Made by a program: the position numbers and the translations under genes | Shown here: positions 1 to 16,329 of the stretch, piece after piece | Position numbering within the stretch: the first letter of the stretch is position 1 | Layout of the letters: each line of letters starts with the position of its first letter | Assembly (NCBI GenBank): GCA_963575745.1 | Contig: CAUYUJ010000110.1 | Coordinates: forward strand, 62,001-118,145 | From: Prorocentrum cordatum | Taxonomy: Eukaryota | Direction: 5' to 3' | Length of the DNA: 56,145 bases | Notes under the pieces: generated by a model | What the model was told of the DNA's origin: nothing | Database searches by the model: none | The model's input: the letters and a program-made list of their open reading frames with translations, nothing else

Positions 1-540
1 ATCGTCATCCTCACAGCCACCACCACCACCACCATCGAAATCAGCACACCATCACCCTCACCAAGACCCTCACCATAATCAGAATCACAAGAATCCCAAT
101 CATTACCGCTTTCCCCTCGTAATCATCACCATCAACAGCATCATCATATCACAAGATTAATCATCGTAATCATCGGCAGCATCATCATGACCACCATCAT
201 CACAATCAACATCATCATCAGCATCATCATCACCACATCATCATAGTCTCCATCACTATCACCATCATCCTCAGCAAAAGCAACATCATCATGACCGTCA
301 TCATCAGAATCATCGCCATCCTAATCGCCATCAACTTCATAATCATCATCAGCATCATCATCACGAGATTCACCATCATCCTCATCGGCATCGTCATAAT
401 CATAAGTATCACCATCACAAGTGTCACCATCACCATCATCATGATCAGCATCAACATCATCATCATAGTCATCATCATCGTCATCGACATCATCACAAGA
501 AGCAGCAACATCATCGCCAGCCTCCGCCAACATCATAACA

Positions 541-590
<50 letters not shown>

Positions 591-1275
591 GCAGCATCAG
601 CATCATCATCATCAGCAGCAGCAGCAGTATCATAATCATAACCCTCATCACCATAATCCTCACCATCATCATCGTCACCATCACCATCACCATAATCATG
701 AACCCTCCACCATCATCATAACCCATCATCAGCATCATCAGCATCATCACCATCGACATCATCATCACAGGCAGCACCATGTTCATCGGCTATGTCATCA
801 CCATCACCCTCACCACCATGATCATGATCACCACCATCATCATCATCACCACCATCATCATCATGATCATCATCATAGTCACAAGGACCATCAGCATCAT
901 GATCATGAGCATCATCATGCAGCATCATCATCCTCATCATCCTCATCATCCTCATCAGCATCGTCATCGTCACAATCAGCAACATCATCCTCATCACCGT
1001 CATCGTCACCATCATTTTCACACCATCATCAGCCTTCTCGTCATCATCAATGATCATCATTGTCGTCATCATCATCAGCATCAGCATCATCATTATCATT
1101 GTAGTCATCATCATCATAAGCATAAGCATGATCAGAATCATCACCAACACAATCAGCAGCAGCATCGTCATCCACGTCGACTTCATCATCACCATCACCA
1201 TCACCATCACCAGCATCAGCAGCCGCACCATCAACAGCGCCATAATCACTCACCATCCACCATCATCACCAACAT
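1..1275. repeat. Degenerate (CAT)n/(CAC)n/(CAG)n trinucleotide tract
   Basis: Continuous mosaic of cat/cac/cag triplets. The poly-I/M/H/S/D ORFs here are translation artefacts. Confidence 0.95.
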
Positions 1276-2220
1276 CACGGCTCTCACTCCCTAGAACAGT
1301 CGCCACCCAGACTCATGGAGTGTCACGGTGGCCCCCTCTCGGTTCTGCGGCATCTCATGGGAGCCTCCTAGACCATCTTGTTGGCTCTCACGAACCGACG
1401 CAAATCTACGCTAAATCGACGCCAAATCGACGCCAGTCAACGCTGAGTCGGCGCTACCTCATCGGCTACCAGACGCTGATCGGCGCAAACAGCACTCGAC
1501 AGACGGCACGACGAAGGCATACTCAGCACAGGTGGCTCGGGGCCGTCTTGGGCCGCCGGGGCGGCTGTCTGATTGCTCTGGCAGCGGACCCAACCCCGAA
1601 GCGCTGCGAAGAAGGTCGGTCCCCCCCCCGGGGACTTACAAAAGAACCGGGGAGGGAGTTTTGAAAAAGTGGGCCGCCCCCGGGGCCGGGGGCCCGCTTC
1701 CCAGTTACATGATGTACGACGTGTCCTCCTCGTACGCAGGTGCACAAGGCTCCCATGATGACCAGGCATAGAAAGGACCGCTAACCATTTTGGGAGGGGT
1801 TGGGTTAGGGCACGTCCAAGCCACTCACAAGCTGGGTCAGGCCAGATAAAACCCACTCTGGCATCCACGGAAACCCCCCGCCCCATCCCCTCCGCAACCG
1901 CCGCGGCGATCCGAAAACACCCCCCTCTGCGCGCGGTCGAAGGGAGAGGCCCCCACCGCTTCCCCCGGGGGCAGAGTCCTCACCCGCGTCCCCCGGGGGC
2001 TCGTCGCCACTCGCCGGGGAACGGAGCAAACCGCAGGAGCAGAAACCGCTCGGAGGCCCTTCGCGCAGGCGAGCGGTCGGCGCGCGGGCCCCCCCCCCTG
2101 GGAGGCGCAAGAGGCGCGCTCCGCGCGCCCGGGCGGGGGGCCCAGGGCCCGCCCAGGGAAGAAGCGCGGCCCGCCCAAAGTTTCGCGACGAACGCCCCAA
2201 GCGCATTGCAACGTCGTTGT

Positions 2221-2315
2221 CGCATCCGCTTCGCCTTTTACCCCAGACTTCGTCTTTCTTAGCCAGGCCGCCAAGCGCGAACGCATCCGCTTCGCCTTTT
2301 ACCCCAGACTTCGTC
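2221..2315. repeat. 34-bp direct repeat, two copies 61 bp apart
   Basis: cgcatccgcttcgccttttaccccagacttcgtc at 2221-2254 and 2282-2315. Confidence 0.85.
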
Positions 2316-2955
2316 CTCCCCCTTCTCTGGCACTCGCGCTCCGCTGGCCTTGCAGCACTCTGGCGCTCCCCTGGGGAAGGTCAGGAAAGCAGCGCGGACC
2401 CCTCCAAAGCTCCGTGACTCCACGCCTCGGTTTCGCTTCGAACGGCGAAGCAAGCGACGCGCCAAAAATGCGCGCCCCACCAGCCGACGCGTCAGACGCG
2501 CGCCGACCGGGCAGACGCAAGCAGAGGGGAGGCGCCAGATGCGCCCCTGGCATCAGAAGATGACAGTGAGGACAACGTTTGTTGACTTTCGTACTGTCGC
2601 GTGTTTACCACACATTCTTGCGATTGCGTGTGCGGACCACTCAAAATGTCGCTGGGACTCTCTGGTGCAATCCAACGCAGCATGTACTCTAACGGTTTCG
2701 AGATGGCGTGGCTCAATCAACGCGCTAATACTCATAATCGCGGACATTTCGGCAGCAAGACCATTCGAACGTCGCCCTACAGAGAGCACGCACTTGTGAT
2801 CCCGGCTCTCTGCAATTCCGATCATCTCCATGGCCACGAATGGAAAAGGAGAGGCGCCACTGCTTGCTTTTGGGGGGGGGGGGCCTGACGCGCCAGGTGA
2901 CCGTTCGATTTCCGAACGCTCTTGCACGGGACTGTTCGCACCAGTCATTTCGCCG

Positions 2956-2988
<33 letters not shown>

Positions 2989-3392
2989 GAGACAGTACCC
3001 GAAAAGCAAAGGCCGCCGGTCCAGCGACCACGCGAGCGGCCCTGGCTGCCGCCACCAGGGGCTGGCAGGCGCCCCTCCAGGAGCCACAGACACTGCACAG
3101 ATCGGGAGCGGCCAAGAGGGGGGTGTCAAAGAGGGGGGGGGCAAATCATGACCGGCGGCATGTGTGCGGCCCAGCGGGGGGGCCAGGAACGTAATGAAAT
3201 AAGAAGAGGCGCCATGATATCTGGGGAAATATCATGGCCCACGCCATGATATCCACCCCCCTTTAGTCATCACCCCCCTCTTTGCCGCCCCCGAACAGAA
3301 GGAGAAGAGGACGAGGAAGAGAGGCGCCACTGCTGGTTGTCTTGCGCAGCGCGCCGGCCACCCGGCTCGAGTCGACGCCAGCCGATCGCCGC

Positions 3393-3492
3393 NNNNNNNN
3401 NNNNNNNNNNNNNNNNNNNNNNNNNNNNNNNNNNNNNNNNNNNNNNNNNNNNNNNNNNNNNNNNNNNNNNNNNNNNNNNNNNNNNNNNNNNN
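3393..3492. other. Assembly gap (100 N)
   Basis: Run of exactly 100 N. Confidence 1.
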
Positions 3493-3929
3493 CTCCTCCT
3501 CCTCCTCCTCCCCTCCTTTCTCCTCCTCTCCTCCTCCGTCCTCTTTCCTTCCTGCTCATCCTCGTCATCGTCCTCGGGGGCCTCCCTCGGGGGGCGATTT
3601 GCCAACTTTGCGAGGGCGTCTCGAGCGGGAGCCCCAGATTTTGACACGGCCTGGTCGATTTCTGCGAGGATGATGTCCCGCGCGAAGGCGCTGGTTTGGA
3701 ATTCGTCGCTAGATTCCCCGGATTTTCTAGAAACAAAGCGAGGGCACTCGCGCTGTGGATTCCCAGCCGGCGGCGCGACCGATCACAGAGAACAAGAACC
3801 AATCGAAGCACCACAGGAACACCAGCGGGAAACCGTCAACACTCAATCGGGACACCATCGGGACACCACCGAAAAACAATCGGGACACCCAGCAATAATC
3901 AATCAAAACACCATCGGCACACAAAGAGA

Positions 3930-4730
3930 ACTCCCAAGAGGACCCCAAGAGGCAAAAAACCTGTGCTTTTCCTTTGGTTTTCGACAGGTTTAGGCGTTTC
4001 AACCTTTTCGGTTCCCCGACGCCCCTAAACGGCTCAAGAGGCCTCCAAGATCGCCCCAAGAGGGCCCAAGAGGCCCCCAAGAGGGCCCCAAGACGGCCCA
4101 AGATGGCTCCAAGACGGCCCCAGAGGCCTCCAGGACGGCCCAAGAGGGCCCCAAGAACGCCCCCAACACGGTCCAAGAGAGGTCCGCGACGCCCGAATAT
4201 CGCTCCACGACGCCCAAGATGGCCTCCAGACGGCCCAAGACGTCTCCAAGATGACCCAAGAAGCCTCCAAGATCCCCAGGATGTCCCCAAGTGCATTCCC
4301 AAGAGGGCCCCAAGAGGCAAACAAACAATGCATTTCCATAGGTTTTGGACAGATTTGGGCGTTTCAACCTTTTCGGTTCCCCGACGCCCCTAAACGGCTC
4401 AAGAGGCCTCCAAGATCGCCCCAAGAGGGCCCAAGAGGCCCCCAAGAGGGCTCCAAGATGGCCCAAGACGGCTCCAAGACGGCCCAAGAGGCCTCCAAGA
4501 CGGCCCAAGAGGGCCCAAGAACGCTTCAAGAACGCCCCAAGAGGGGGTTCACGAAACAGAATTTCGAGCTCTCGGCCCTTAGAGGCCCCCGGGAGGCCCC
4601 AAGACGCCCCCAAAGGCCCCAAGAGGCACCCAAGAGGCCCTCAAGAGGCCTCAAGAGGCCTCCAAAAGGCCCTCTGGAGGCCTCCAAAAAACCCTCAGGA
4701 GGCCCCCAAGACGCCTCCAAGACTCCAGCC
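3930..4730. repeat. CCAAGA-core ~11-bp satellite with a ~365-bp internal duplication
   Basis: Repeated (g/a)(g/c)gcc(c/t)ccaaga units. The block ggcgtttcaaccttttcggttccccgacgcccctaaacggctcaagagg occurs at ~3993 and ~4358. Related units recur at ~15120-15290, ~32720-33480 and ~35590-36500. Confidence 0.9.
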
Positions 4731-6080
4731 AGACGCGACTTGGGAAACGCGGGTCGGGGTGGTCCTCCTCCCCCGCGTTCGGCCTCCAGCCTCGAGCCTC
4801 GACCCTCCACGACGACGACGACGACGCCGGCGGGCGGCGGCGGCGGGCGGCGGCGGCGGCAAGAGGAGGATGAATTGTTGGCGGCGGCCATCGCCGCCGC
4901 CAACACCTAGAAGCGCCATGAAAAAACAACAACAAATTGATCGACAACTACACAGCTCCCGAGGCCGCAGCTCCACACTGCAAACGACCACTCGGACAGG
5001 CGACCACGGTGCGACATTATGGGCCGGCGGAATGAGCGAAGCGATTAAATAATCAATCAAAACACCATCGGCACACAATCGAACTTCAATCGCGATACCA
5101 TCGGGACTGAGTCTGGGCACCGTGAACAACACTGGGACACAATCCAAAAATAAATCGAACACACAGTCGGGACACGATCAGGGCAACATCGTGGCACCAT
5201 CGACACACAGCCGAGACGTTATCAAATCGAAACAACATCGGGACACCATCAAGAATCAAGACATGCACAACTGATGCGCACCCCAGTCCCCCCACCATCA
5301 ACCTCCTGACTGGCTGCTCCAATTCTGAGATATACCCCAACAACGCTCGCATAAGCGCCCCTGCCTTTTTCTCAAAAGACCTGGGTCTGGCGGTGCGCGG
5401 AAAGTTCGCCGCCGTAGCTTGTGCCCATGGGTTGCACCCGTGGATTGCGCCTCGGGGTGCACGGCTGCGCCCACGGGTTGCGCCATTGGTTGTGCCTGTG
5501 GGTTGCGGCTGGGTGTATGGAAAGTTGCCGTGGCCATATGTTGAGACCATGGGTTGTGTTTAAGATTTGTGCCCCCACAAGCTGCGCCTTGGGGTGGGAG
5601 AAATCTGCGTGGCCACCAGCCGCGCACATGGGCTGCTCCTGAGGGTTCGAGGTCTCTGCGTGTCAGTGAGTTGCGCCCGTGGGTTGCGCCGTCTATTGCG
5701 TCCAGGGGTTGCAGAAGGATGGCGAAAGAGGCAGGATCAGTCAGCATGAAATCGGGGTATCAGATCGAGAGGGACAGGTCTCGAATCGGGCCGCTTCGGC
5801 ACGGAGCTGGGATGGAATCGGATCGGCCGCGCCAGGATGCACAACAGCGACACACAAGCATCGGGCCATCAGACTGTCATCATCGAACCGAATCGGTCTG
5901 GCAGGAATTGATATCGAATCGAATCGGTCGGATCAAAATGGGCTCTGGGATGGTGGCGGAGGAGGATGGGAAGGCAAGAAAGACGGCGACAACTACGACC
6001 GACGCTGCCTCTGGGTGGTCCCAGCCGCACAGGCCGCTGCGGATCTGGAGGCAGCGCTCGAGAACCTCGCGTTGTCCACG

Positions 6081-6215
6081 TCCTCCTCCTCCTCCTCCTC
6101 CTCCTCCTCCTCCTCAGCTCGTTTTTCATCCCCCCCCCTCCTCCTCCTCCTCCTCCTCCTCCTCCTCCTCCACATCCTCCTCCTCATCCTCCTCATCCTC
6201 ATCCCTCATCCTCTG

Positions 6216-6271
<56 letters not shown>

Positions 6272-6309
6272 GCAGCATCAGCATCATCATCACCACCACC
6301 ACCACTACC

Positions 6310-6376
<67 letters not shown>

Positions 6377-6945
6377 CCATCATCATCATCGTCATCGTCA
6401 TCATCATCATCCCTCATCAGCATCATCATAACCCCCATCACCATCAGCATCATCATCAGCATCAGCATCATCATAAACATCATCAGCATCATCATCAGCA
6501 TCCTCATCATCATCAGCATCAGCATCATCGTCATCATCATCAGCATCATCATCAGCATCATCATCAGCATCATCATCATCGACATCATCAGCATCACCAT
6601 CACCATCACCATCACCAGCATCATCAGGATAGTCAGCACCATCTTTATCATCACCATCATCATCAGCAGCATCAGAAGCATCATAATCATCACCATCATA
6701 ATCATGATCAGCATCATCAGCATCATCATCTTCATCATCTTCGGCATCATCATGGACATTATCAGCGGCATCCACATCATCATCAGCAGCAGCATCATCA
6801 TCACTATCACCGTCATCAGCATCATCAGCAGTAGCATCATCAGCATCATAAGCATCATCATCATCATCATCATCATCATCAGCATCATCACTATCAGCAT
6901 CAGCATCATCATCATGATCCTCGGCAGCATCATCATCATCATCAG

Positions 6946-7023
<78 letters not shown>

Positions 7024-8240
7024 TAGCGGCCTCCTCTCTCATCCTCCTCCTCCTCCTCCTCCTCATCATCATCATCATCAGCAGCAGCATCATCAACAGC
7101 AGCAGCAGCATCATCATCATCATCATCAGCAGCATCATCATCAGCATCATCAACAGCATCAGCATCATCAACAGCAGCATCATCAGCATCGTCATCATCA
7201 TCAGCAGCATCATCAGCGTCATCATCAGAAATATCAGCATCATCATCATCAGCATCATCATCAGCATCGTCAGCATCATCATCCTCACCATCATCGTCAT
7301 CATCATCATCATTCACAGCCTCACCAGCATCATCATCACAATCATCATGAAAATTCATCATCAGCATCAGCATCAGCCTCATCATCATCACCAGCATCAT
7401 CATCATCAACATCACCAGCATCATCACCATCATTATCGTCATCGACATCGTACGTCATCAGCAGCAGCATAATCATAATGAGCATCTCGTCAGCATCATC
7501 ATCGGCATCATCAGCATCAGCAGCATCCTGGTCATCAGCATCAGCATCGTCAGCATCAGCAGCATCATCATCAGCATCATCAGCATCGGCATCATCACCA
7601 TCATCATCAGCACCATCGTCATCAGCATCAGCATCAGCATCACCCTCATCATCATCATCATCAGCATCATCAGCAGCATCATCAGCATGATCGTCATCGG
7701 CATCGTTATCGTCATCAGCAGCATCATCATCCTAATCAGCATCAGCATCATGACCGACATCGTCATCATCATCATCACCATCAGCAGCATCAGCATCAGC
7801 ATCGTCGGCATCATCATCATCAGCATCGTCGTCATCAACAGCATCATCATCAGAATCAGCATCAGCATCATCATCATCATCATCATCAACCTCATCATAA
7901 GCAGCACCATCATGATCAGCATCATCAGCATCGTTATCAGTATAATCAGCATCACAATCATCATCATAAGCATCATCATTTCCAGCAGCATCAACATCAC
8001 CAGCATCATCATCAGCCGCATCAGCATCATTTTATCATCAGCAGCATCATCGTCAACATCACCATGAGAATCATGGTCATCACCACCACTTCCACAATCA
8101 TCATCATCACAACCACCACCATCACAACCACCAGCACAATCACCACCACCACCTCCATAAGCATCATAACCATAAACAGCATCACCATCAACACCATCAT
8201 CGCCATCACCACCACCACTACCACCGTCATCATCATCATC

Positions 8241-8271
<31 letters not shown>

Positions 8272-9142
8272 CAATCACCACCACACCGTCAACACCATCA
8301 TCATCATCATCAATAGCATCATCATCACCATCATCAGAGTCAGCATCATCAGCATCATCATGGTCATCATCACGATATTCCTCATCATCAGCACCATCAT
8401 CCTCAGCATCCTCATCGTCGTCGTCAGCATCAACACCATCATCCCTACCACCATCATCAGCATCATCAGCATCGTCATCAGCATCATCATGTTCAGCATC
8501 ATCACTATCATCGTCATCATCATCATCCACGTTCTGCCCCTCCTCTTCCTCCTCCTCCTCCTCACCCTCCCCCTCCTCCTCTTCATCCTCCGCAGACCCT
8601 CGCTCAACCTCCACCCCGCCGCCCAACCGCGCGCTTGTTCCCCATCTACCGTAGCATCCGTCTTTGCTCATGCACCCTGCCTCCTCCGTCCTCCACGTTC
8701 GACATTCCTCTCTTAGCAACATGTCCTCCAAATTCAATAACAATGTCCACCCTCATCGATTACCCCCGAATCCCTACGATGCCTTTTGATCCAGCACATT
8801 TAAACGATCACTGGTCGAGCACAGGCCATCACTATTGTTCACCACACCCATCATCACCATGATCGCAACCACCATCGTCGCAACAATACCATCCGCACTG
8901 CCATCGTCATCACCGCCATCGGCAACATTACCACCCGCGCCAGTCGTCTGCATCGACGTCATCATCCCCAGCCCCATCATCAGCATCATCGTCACAACCA
9001 TCATTAGCACCACCACCACCACAACTATTATCACCATCACCACCACCATCATCATCATCATCAACATCACCATCATCATCACCATCATCAACAACATCAC
9101 CATCATCATCATCCACATCCTCATCAGCAGCATCATCATCAT
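6081..9142. repeat. (CCT)n / (CAT)n / (CAG)n mosaic microsatellite region
   Basis: Near-continuous triplet repeats, with one short unique stretch at ~8590-8835. Confidence 0.95.
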
Positions 9143-11174
9143 CTAGTTCGCCCCGACGCCCCATTGGGAGCCAGACAAGAAATTCCAACAGAACATGTTA
9201 CCCCAAGGGGGAAGGCCCAGCGCGCCGCGCAGGCAAAGCGAAGGAGACGCAGATCAACCCGAGCGCGGTCATATAGGGCCCTGGGTGTACAATATAAAAC
9301 GGAGGCGATACAAATGACAATCCGCCGACTCCCGCCAGCCAGGGGAATTACAAGGCGCGTGAGGCATTTGGCCGTCGTTTTCCCCCTCGTTCCCCGTCTC
9401 CCATGGTCCAGAATCCCGTTTGACGGCGCATTTGCCACAGACGATGCGACAGCATGCACGTGGAAAGAAGTAACGTCAAGTCTGTTGCTCATTCATTAGA
9501 TGGACGGAACTATCCTGACCCCCGCGCCATCGACCAGCGAGGCGGCCTGGTGGGAGTACACACAAATAGCGCACAAAGATGAACACGGGGAGGAGGGGGA
9601 GGGAGGCAGGGGAGCAGGGCGAGAGGGAGGGAGGGAGCGGAGCACAGTGGAGCGCAGTGGAGCGCAGTGGAATGGACCCTGTCGCGGATGCAAGAACGGA
9701 AGATTCACAAAATGTTAACCCTATGGCTATCGTATGTTACACCGATACGCACAACGAACGAGCCCTATGTTTTCGGAACGAACGCTGTTTGTTCATAGCC
9801 TCTGAACTATCACGAAAGGAATAGCGAAACGGAAATGCCACCCCTTGAGCTCGATGCGCACCGCGTCTACGAGGGACAGGGGGCCCACCCGTGGAGCCGG
9901 CCCAGAAGCTGGTGGAACAAAAAAAAAAAAACATCAAATGAACCCCTCCACCACTAAGATGTTCACTCTTTCCTAGCCAAGCCACCGAAGGCGGACCAGG
10001 CAGCACGCACCTTGGCGCGCCGCGGGCAGCCTTCACCTTGGCGCGCCGCGCGCTCTGGCAGTCCCGAAGCGGCGGGCGCACTGCCCTCGGATAACGGCAC
10101 GCCCCACGGCGTGCCGCCCCGAGAAGCCACCCCGGGGGGCGCCGCTCCCTCGGGCGACCGCACACCCCCGCGCACGCCAGGGCGGGGGACCCTGGCCCAA
10201 GGCAGGACGGGTGTGGGTCCACCATGAGGCCCTCGCGGGGGGCCCTCCACCAACGCAGGCGCAAGCGGTGTGGGCGACGGGCCACCGCAGGGGGGCGGGA
10301 AGGCGTGGCGACGAGGCGCAGCTGTCTCTCCCCCTGGCCCCATACAACCCCCCGATGGAAAAGTCCGGACCGCAGAGGTCGCGGAATTTCAGCGAGAAAC
10401 GTGTCCCGTTAGGCGGCGGGGCCCCGGTACGATGTTGCAGACACCGCCATGGCGGAATTCCGATCCATGCCTCATCCCTTTTTCATATGATAATCGCCAA
10501 ATGGGGCGACGATCGGAAACTCGCATTCCGCCCAATACTTGCTTTAAAAAAAATCCGACCGCGTTCCAGAGGACCTGAAAATTTCAGATGCGATCGGAAA
10601 TCTGCGATTTCGCTCAAGATTCCTTACCCAAGGAATGTCGGCCCGAGTTATGTTGTTTGGAAGGGTTGTCGCTGTCTGGAATATTCTGCAACGCGTGTTT
10701 GCTTGTCTGGCAGCGCGCGATTCGAAACAGAAATTTCTGTTTCTCGTGATCGCTGCTCTGCGGTGTCGTGCCGTTTTTTTGGCGCACGGCATTGGCTTGG
10801 GCTCGCCTCGGAGGCCATGTCCGACATCGGGGGCCCAGGACCCATCGAGGGTCGATGCTCCAAGTTCAATTGGAGAGCGACGAGGCAAGCGGCCTGTCAG
10901 GGCCGACCCGGGCTTTTTAATCCAGGAGGTCGTACGGGCAAACAGGGGCGACGACCGGGCTGCAACCCGCCTCGTTCCCTGGGGATGCAAGTATGGAAGG
11001 GAGGGAGGTGGGGAGGGAGAGGGGGAGGGAGGGAGAGGGAGGAAGGCAGGGGGAACTGAGCGGCCGGGAGAGAAGAGGAAGGAGGAGGGAAGACGAGGAG
11101 AAAAACGATATGAGATAGGAGAGAGGAGGGGGGGAGGGGTGAAAGGGAAAAGATGGAAGGAGGACGGAGGAAAG

Positions 11175-11304
11175 AAGAGGAGGAGGAGGAGGAGGAGGAG
11201 GAGGAGGGAGGGGGAGGAGCAGCAGCAGCAGGAGCAGGAGAAGGAGAACGACGGCGACGACAGTGGCGACGACTACGACCATGGCCACGACCACGACCAC
11301 AACC

Positions 11305-11375
<71 letters not shown>
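11175..11375. repeat. (GAG)n followed by (GAC)n microsatellite
   Basis: Direct reading of the sequence. Confidence 0.9.
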
Positions 11376-11991
11376 TGCACTCTCCCCCCTTTCCCCCCCC
11401 CGGGGCGTACGCTGCGCTTCTCCCACGGATCACCGAGGTCGCCGTAGGTGCTCCCTGACCCATGTGGTCCCTCTCTGCAGACTCGTCGTCGCCGCCGCAG
11501 CCGCACGCTTCGCCGTCATCGTCACCTTCGCCGGAGGAGGAGGAGGAGGAAAGAAGAGAAAACCCTTCAGCACCCTTCATCATGCAGACACGGACACGCA
11601 CTGAGGGACCCAGTTGGCTCCAGCGCTATCGGCGGAGGACACTGAGGCTGACCTGCATTGACCTGTCCTGTGCTCCGTGGATCATCGACTGCTCCTGGCC
11701 TGCAGAGGCCACCACTCCGGAGCCCAAGACGGGCCGTGCCTGGCTCGGGTGCCTCGGTGTGCAGGGCTGGCTTTTTCCCGAGAAGCCGGGTGCGCGCCCG
11801 CGGGAGCGTGACGACCACCCGCGGGGAGACGCTGGACAGCGGAGGCGTCGGGCACAGGAAAATACAACCGCAGTCGAGGCAGTCTCAAACACTGCACTGT
11901 CCCGAGGCGCTTGACATGTGTGGTAGCTTGACCTGTGTCTCGAAACTCTGGCATAACCTTTGGGCTTACGAAGGCAAGCATCCAATCCTTG

Positions 11992-12990
<999 letters not shown>

Positions 12991-13681
12991 AAACGCTCCG
13001 CCAAATGGTCCCGGCCAAGCTGGGCACTACGAAGGCTCGGAATGGTGTATCTGTTGTATGCGAGAAGTGAAAAAAAGAAAGGAAGCAGAGAGAGAGAGAG
13101 AGAACCAAAAGAGCAGGGCTGATACAGCCGTGGCGCTAGCCAGAAGCCCCGCATCATTAGAGGACCCAGGGGCCCTGGCCCCTTCACGAAGAGGCTCCCA
13201 GACGTGGAGCGAAGGAACGGCCCCAAACTCATAGCCCCTCCCGAGACCGAGATGGTCCTTTATTCCGGCGTCTCGACCCTAAGACGTAGCATCGCACGGC
13301 ACTGGGCCGCCTTCGCGGCCATCCCACACGACACCCGACGGCGTGGCGCCGCGCGGCCAGCAGCGGGCGGCCAACTCCGACCTCGCAAGTGCACCACACG
13401 GCACAGCACGACGGCCCCCGGGCAACCGATTCCGACACCGTCCAGTCAAGACTGGGGCATGTCCCTCTACAGGAGAGATATTCAAAAATATTCAATAATA
13501 GTTTGGGTACGGTTTTTAATGCTAGTTCTGATTAATGTTGCAAGCTGTTGACTATTAGTTGGTTCTCTTCCCAAATCCGCCTGTAGGAGGTCATGCCCGA
13601 CCGACTGATAGCAACGATGCGCGATCAGGATGACAGACCCTTGAGGGCGCCGAGGCTTCTCGAGTGGGGCTGGCAATCGAG

Positions 13682-13745
13682 AGTGGTCACGGGATAGACC
13701 GAAGAGGCATGGATGCAAGGGAGCCCTTGGGAAGGTTGCCCGTCC
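13682..13745 (-). repeat. Dispersed repeat A, copy 1 (inverted relative to the copy at ~46105)
   Basis: Reverse complement ggacgggcaaccttcccaagggctcccttgcatccatgcctcttcggtctatcc aligns with ggatgggtaacctttccaagggtacccttgcatccttgcctcttcggtccatcc at ~46105. Confidence 0.8.
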
Positions 13746-16329
13746 TGACTACCCATGGGTCGAAGAAGTAGGTAGAAACATGAAGTAGGAAGGCGTTGAA
13801 AGTAGATTGGGTGTCCGCCCGCCCCCTAAGCAGGACGCAAAAGGGGAAGCCACTCGATCATTCAAGTAGTAGATTGGAATATAGGAATCCAAAAATACCT
13901 ACTTTCAACGACCGATGGGTATCGGTGTCGACTGTACCCGCAGACATGGCACCGCGCTCGGCTCCCACGCGGCAACGCGCCCCTGCGGCCAGAGCCCCGC
14001 GGAAACACCACGAGGCACGGCACGGCGCCGCGCTGCATGACACCAGGGCAGCCGCGGCCGACGTCGTGCCCGCCCACACGGCAGAGCGCGGCACCGAAGA
14101 GGGCACCACGCGGCACAGCACCCTCCCAACGACCGAGCACACCATGGCGGCCGCCCGCGCGGCGCCGCACTGCACCACATGGCACGGGGCGACCGAAGCC
14201 AGACTCGTGACAGCTCCGCCACGAACACGGCCCATCACAGCACAGCGCCGCAAACAAAATCGAATGCACAGACGTTCATGCGGCACCTCACTGACCGGCA
14301 CAGCACAACGGCGCAGCACGACATCGCACAATACCGCACCGCACGGCATGCTACCGTAAAGCACTGAACCAGGCAACCCACTCTCCACTTCCAACGACAG
14401 CACAACAAGCGTAGACCGGATGCCTGCTCAAGACCGCTTTCCCCGCTCGGCAGCCGTCCCCTCCCTTCCCAGGTTCATGAGGGTCATGGCCACCTCGAGG
14501 CTGTTCTGACCGAACAGAGACTCCTGGATTCTCAACGCTCTCCTCCCCTTTCAGCCTGCGTCTCGGCGTGCGCGCTTGTCCAGGGCGCCCCACATCCCCA
14601 CATCCGCCTGAGGGTGGCTTCCCGCAGCCGACGGGGGGGGTCCAGCTCTGCACACGAGTGTGGTCGCCATCCCTCCCCTCCCCCCTCCTCGATCCTGCAC
14701 GTGGCTCCAGGAAGAGGGGAGGCTACGCTGGCATATGATAGAATGGTCCTGCGAGGCAGTAGGCACCTCAGAGGCGAAGGAGTGCTAGGAAACTGATCAA
14801 CAGGTGATCAACGAACCATACAGCTAACCATCGAACTGATAGGCTGGCTGGCTCGACATACTGCTACACTGCATGGTCAACCGAACTAGTTAATCCCACC
14901 AGCCCGTTGGGCGACAGGTGGTCTAAGGAGGGTCTCTTCCTTCTTCCACAACCCCTCTACCCGCCCCCCTCCCCTCCCTGAGATGTTTTGGTAGGGGGCC
15001 CGATGTGAGAGGGTCCGGTTTCGGCCCCTGGGAGGGTTTTTTTTCGACACCCCTCACGAGGATCGTGGCCCCCGAAAGGGGGAGCTACATCGAGGACCCC
15101 GCTCTTTTGACCGACCGCCTCCAAGATGACCCCAAGAGGCGCTCCAGGGCTCCCAAGAGACGCCCAAGAGGGCTCCAAGAGCGCCCCAAGAGGCCCCAAG
15201 AGGGCTCCAAGAGGTAACCCGAGAGGCACCCAAGAGGCCCCCGAGCGGCCTCAGAGAGTCCAAGATGACCTCCAAGATGGCTCAGATAGCCCAAGCTGGC
15301 TCACGATGGCTCCCAACATGCTCCAAGCTCTCTGGGTTTAGGTTGTTTCTATCGTTTACTTGCCCAACCCCCTTCTTCCCCTTCGGGATAGGGTTTGCGA
15401 CTCCCTCTACGCTACCCCGGAATAATCCCCAACCTCCCATCGCCTCGCGAAGCCTCCTGGTGGCATCTTAGGGGCCTCTTGGGCCCGCTTGGGGCCTCCT
15501 GAGAGTCTCCAAAGGCCTCTGGGAGGGCTCTCTTCGGGGTGTTCTACGAGCGGGCCTCTTGGGGCCTCTGGAGACCTCTACGGGCCGATGTGGCGACAAT
15601 AACGTTGTCCTTTGTTGGCCGTTTAGACATGTTGACGGGCTTGGCGTCATCTTGGGGTTCTCTTGGGACCCTCATGGGCATCTGGCACCTGTTTGGGTCC
15701 CTACTGCGCCCGTCTTGGAAGTCTTGGCGCCCTCTTGGGGCCGTCTTGAGGCGATCATAGATGCTTCCCCACAGGCCTCTGAGGTGAAGTACCTTGACGT
15801 CACTAGCACGACTTTCTTTGGGTGACTTGGGGCCATCGGGGGCCGATTTTGAAGCTGTCATGGCGTGCCTGGTCAGGTTTTGTCCAATGCTGCCTCGTCT
15901 AGTCTCGTCACATCTCGTCTGGTCCCACCTTGTCTTGTCGGGCCGTCTGGGGCCAAACATCCTGAAGGCGCCTGGGACAGTGGCGCGGACTGCAGGGGTT
16001 CATCCGCCGTGGTTAGGGGAAGCCCCTCACCTGAGTCTGAAGTCCCCCGCAACGCGTTGGGGCGTTGAAGATAACCCAAGATGGCTTCAGTACGACATCA
16101 GACATCAAAATGCTGTCCAGCATGGCACAAGATAGCCCAAGACGGCCCACGAGTGGCATGCTCCTTGTAGGATCCAAGACTGTCCTGAGAGATGGCTCCG
16201 AGTGGCCAAGGTGCCTCCCACGGACAGTCCCGAGGGGCCAAAACCCGTCATAACCTGAGCTTGCTGTTTCAGTGCTATGCGTTGTGAGCGCTTTCTTAGT
16301 CGGCGTTCCGGCAGTGGGCAGAAGGGGCG

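Noticed and set aside
1777..1793. SL-like string accgctaaccattttgg
   Set aside because: Only a partial match, lacking the CTCAAG end, with no downstream gene.
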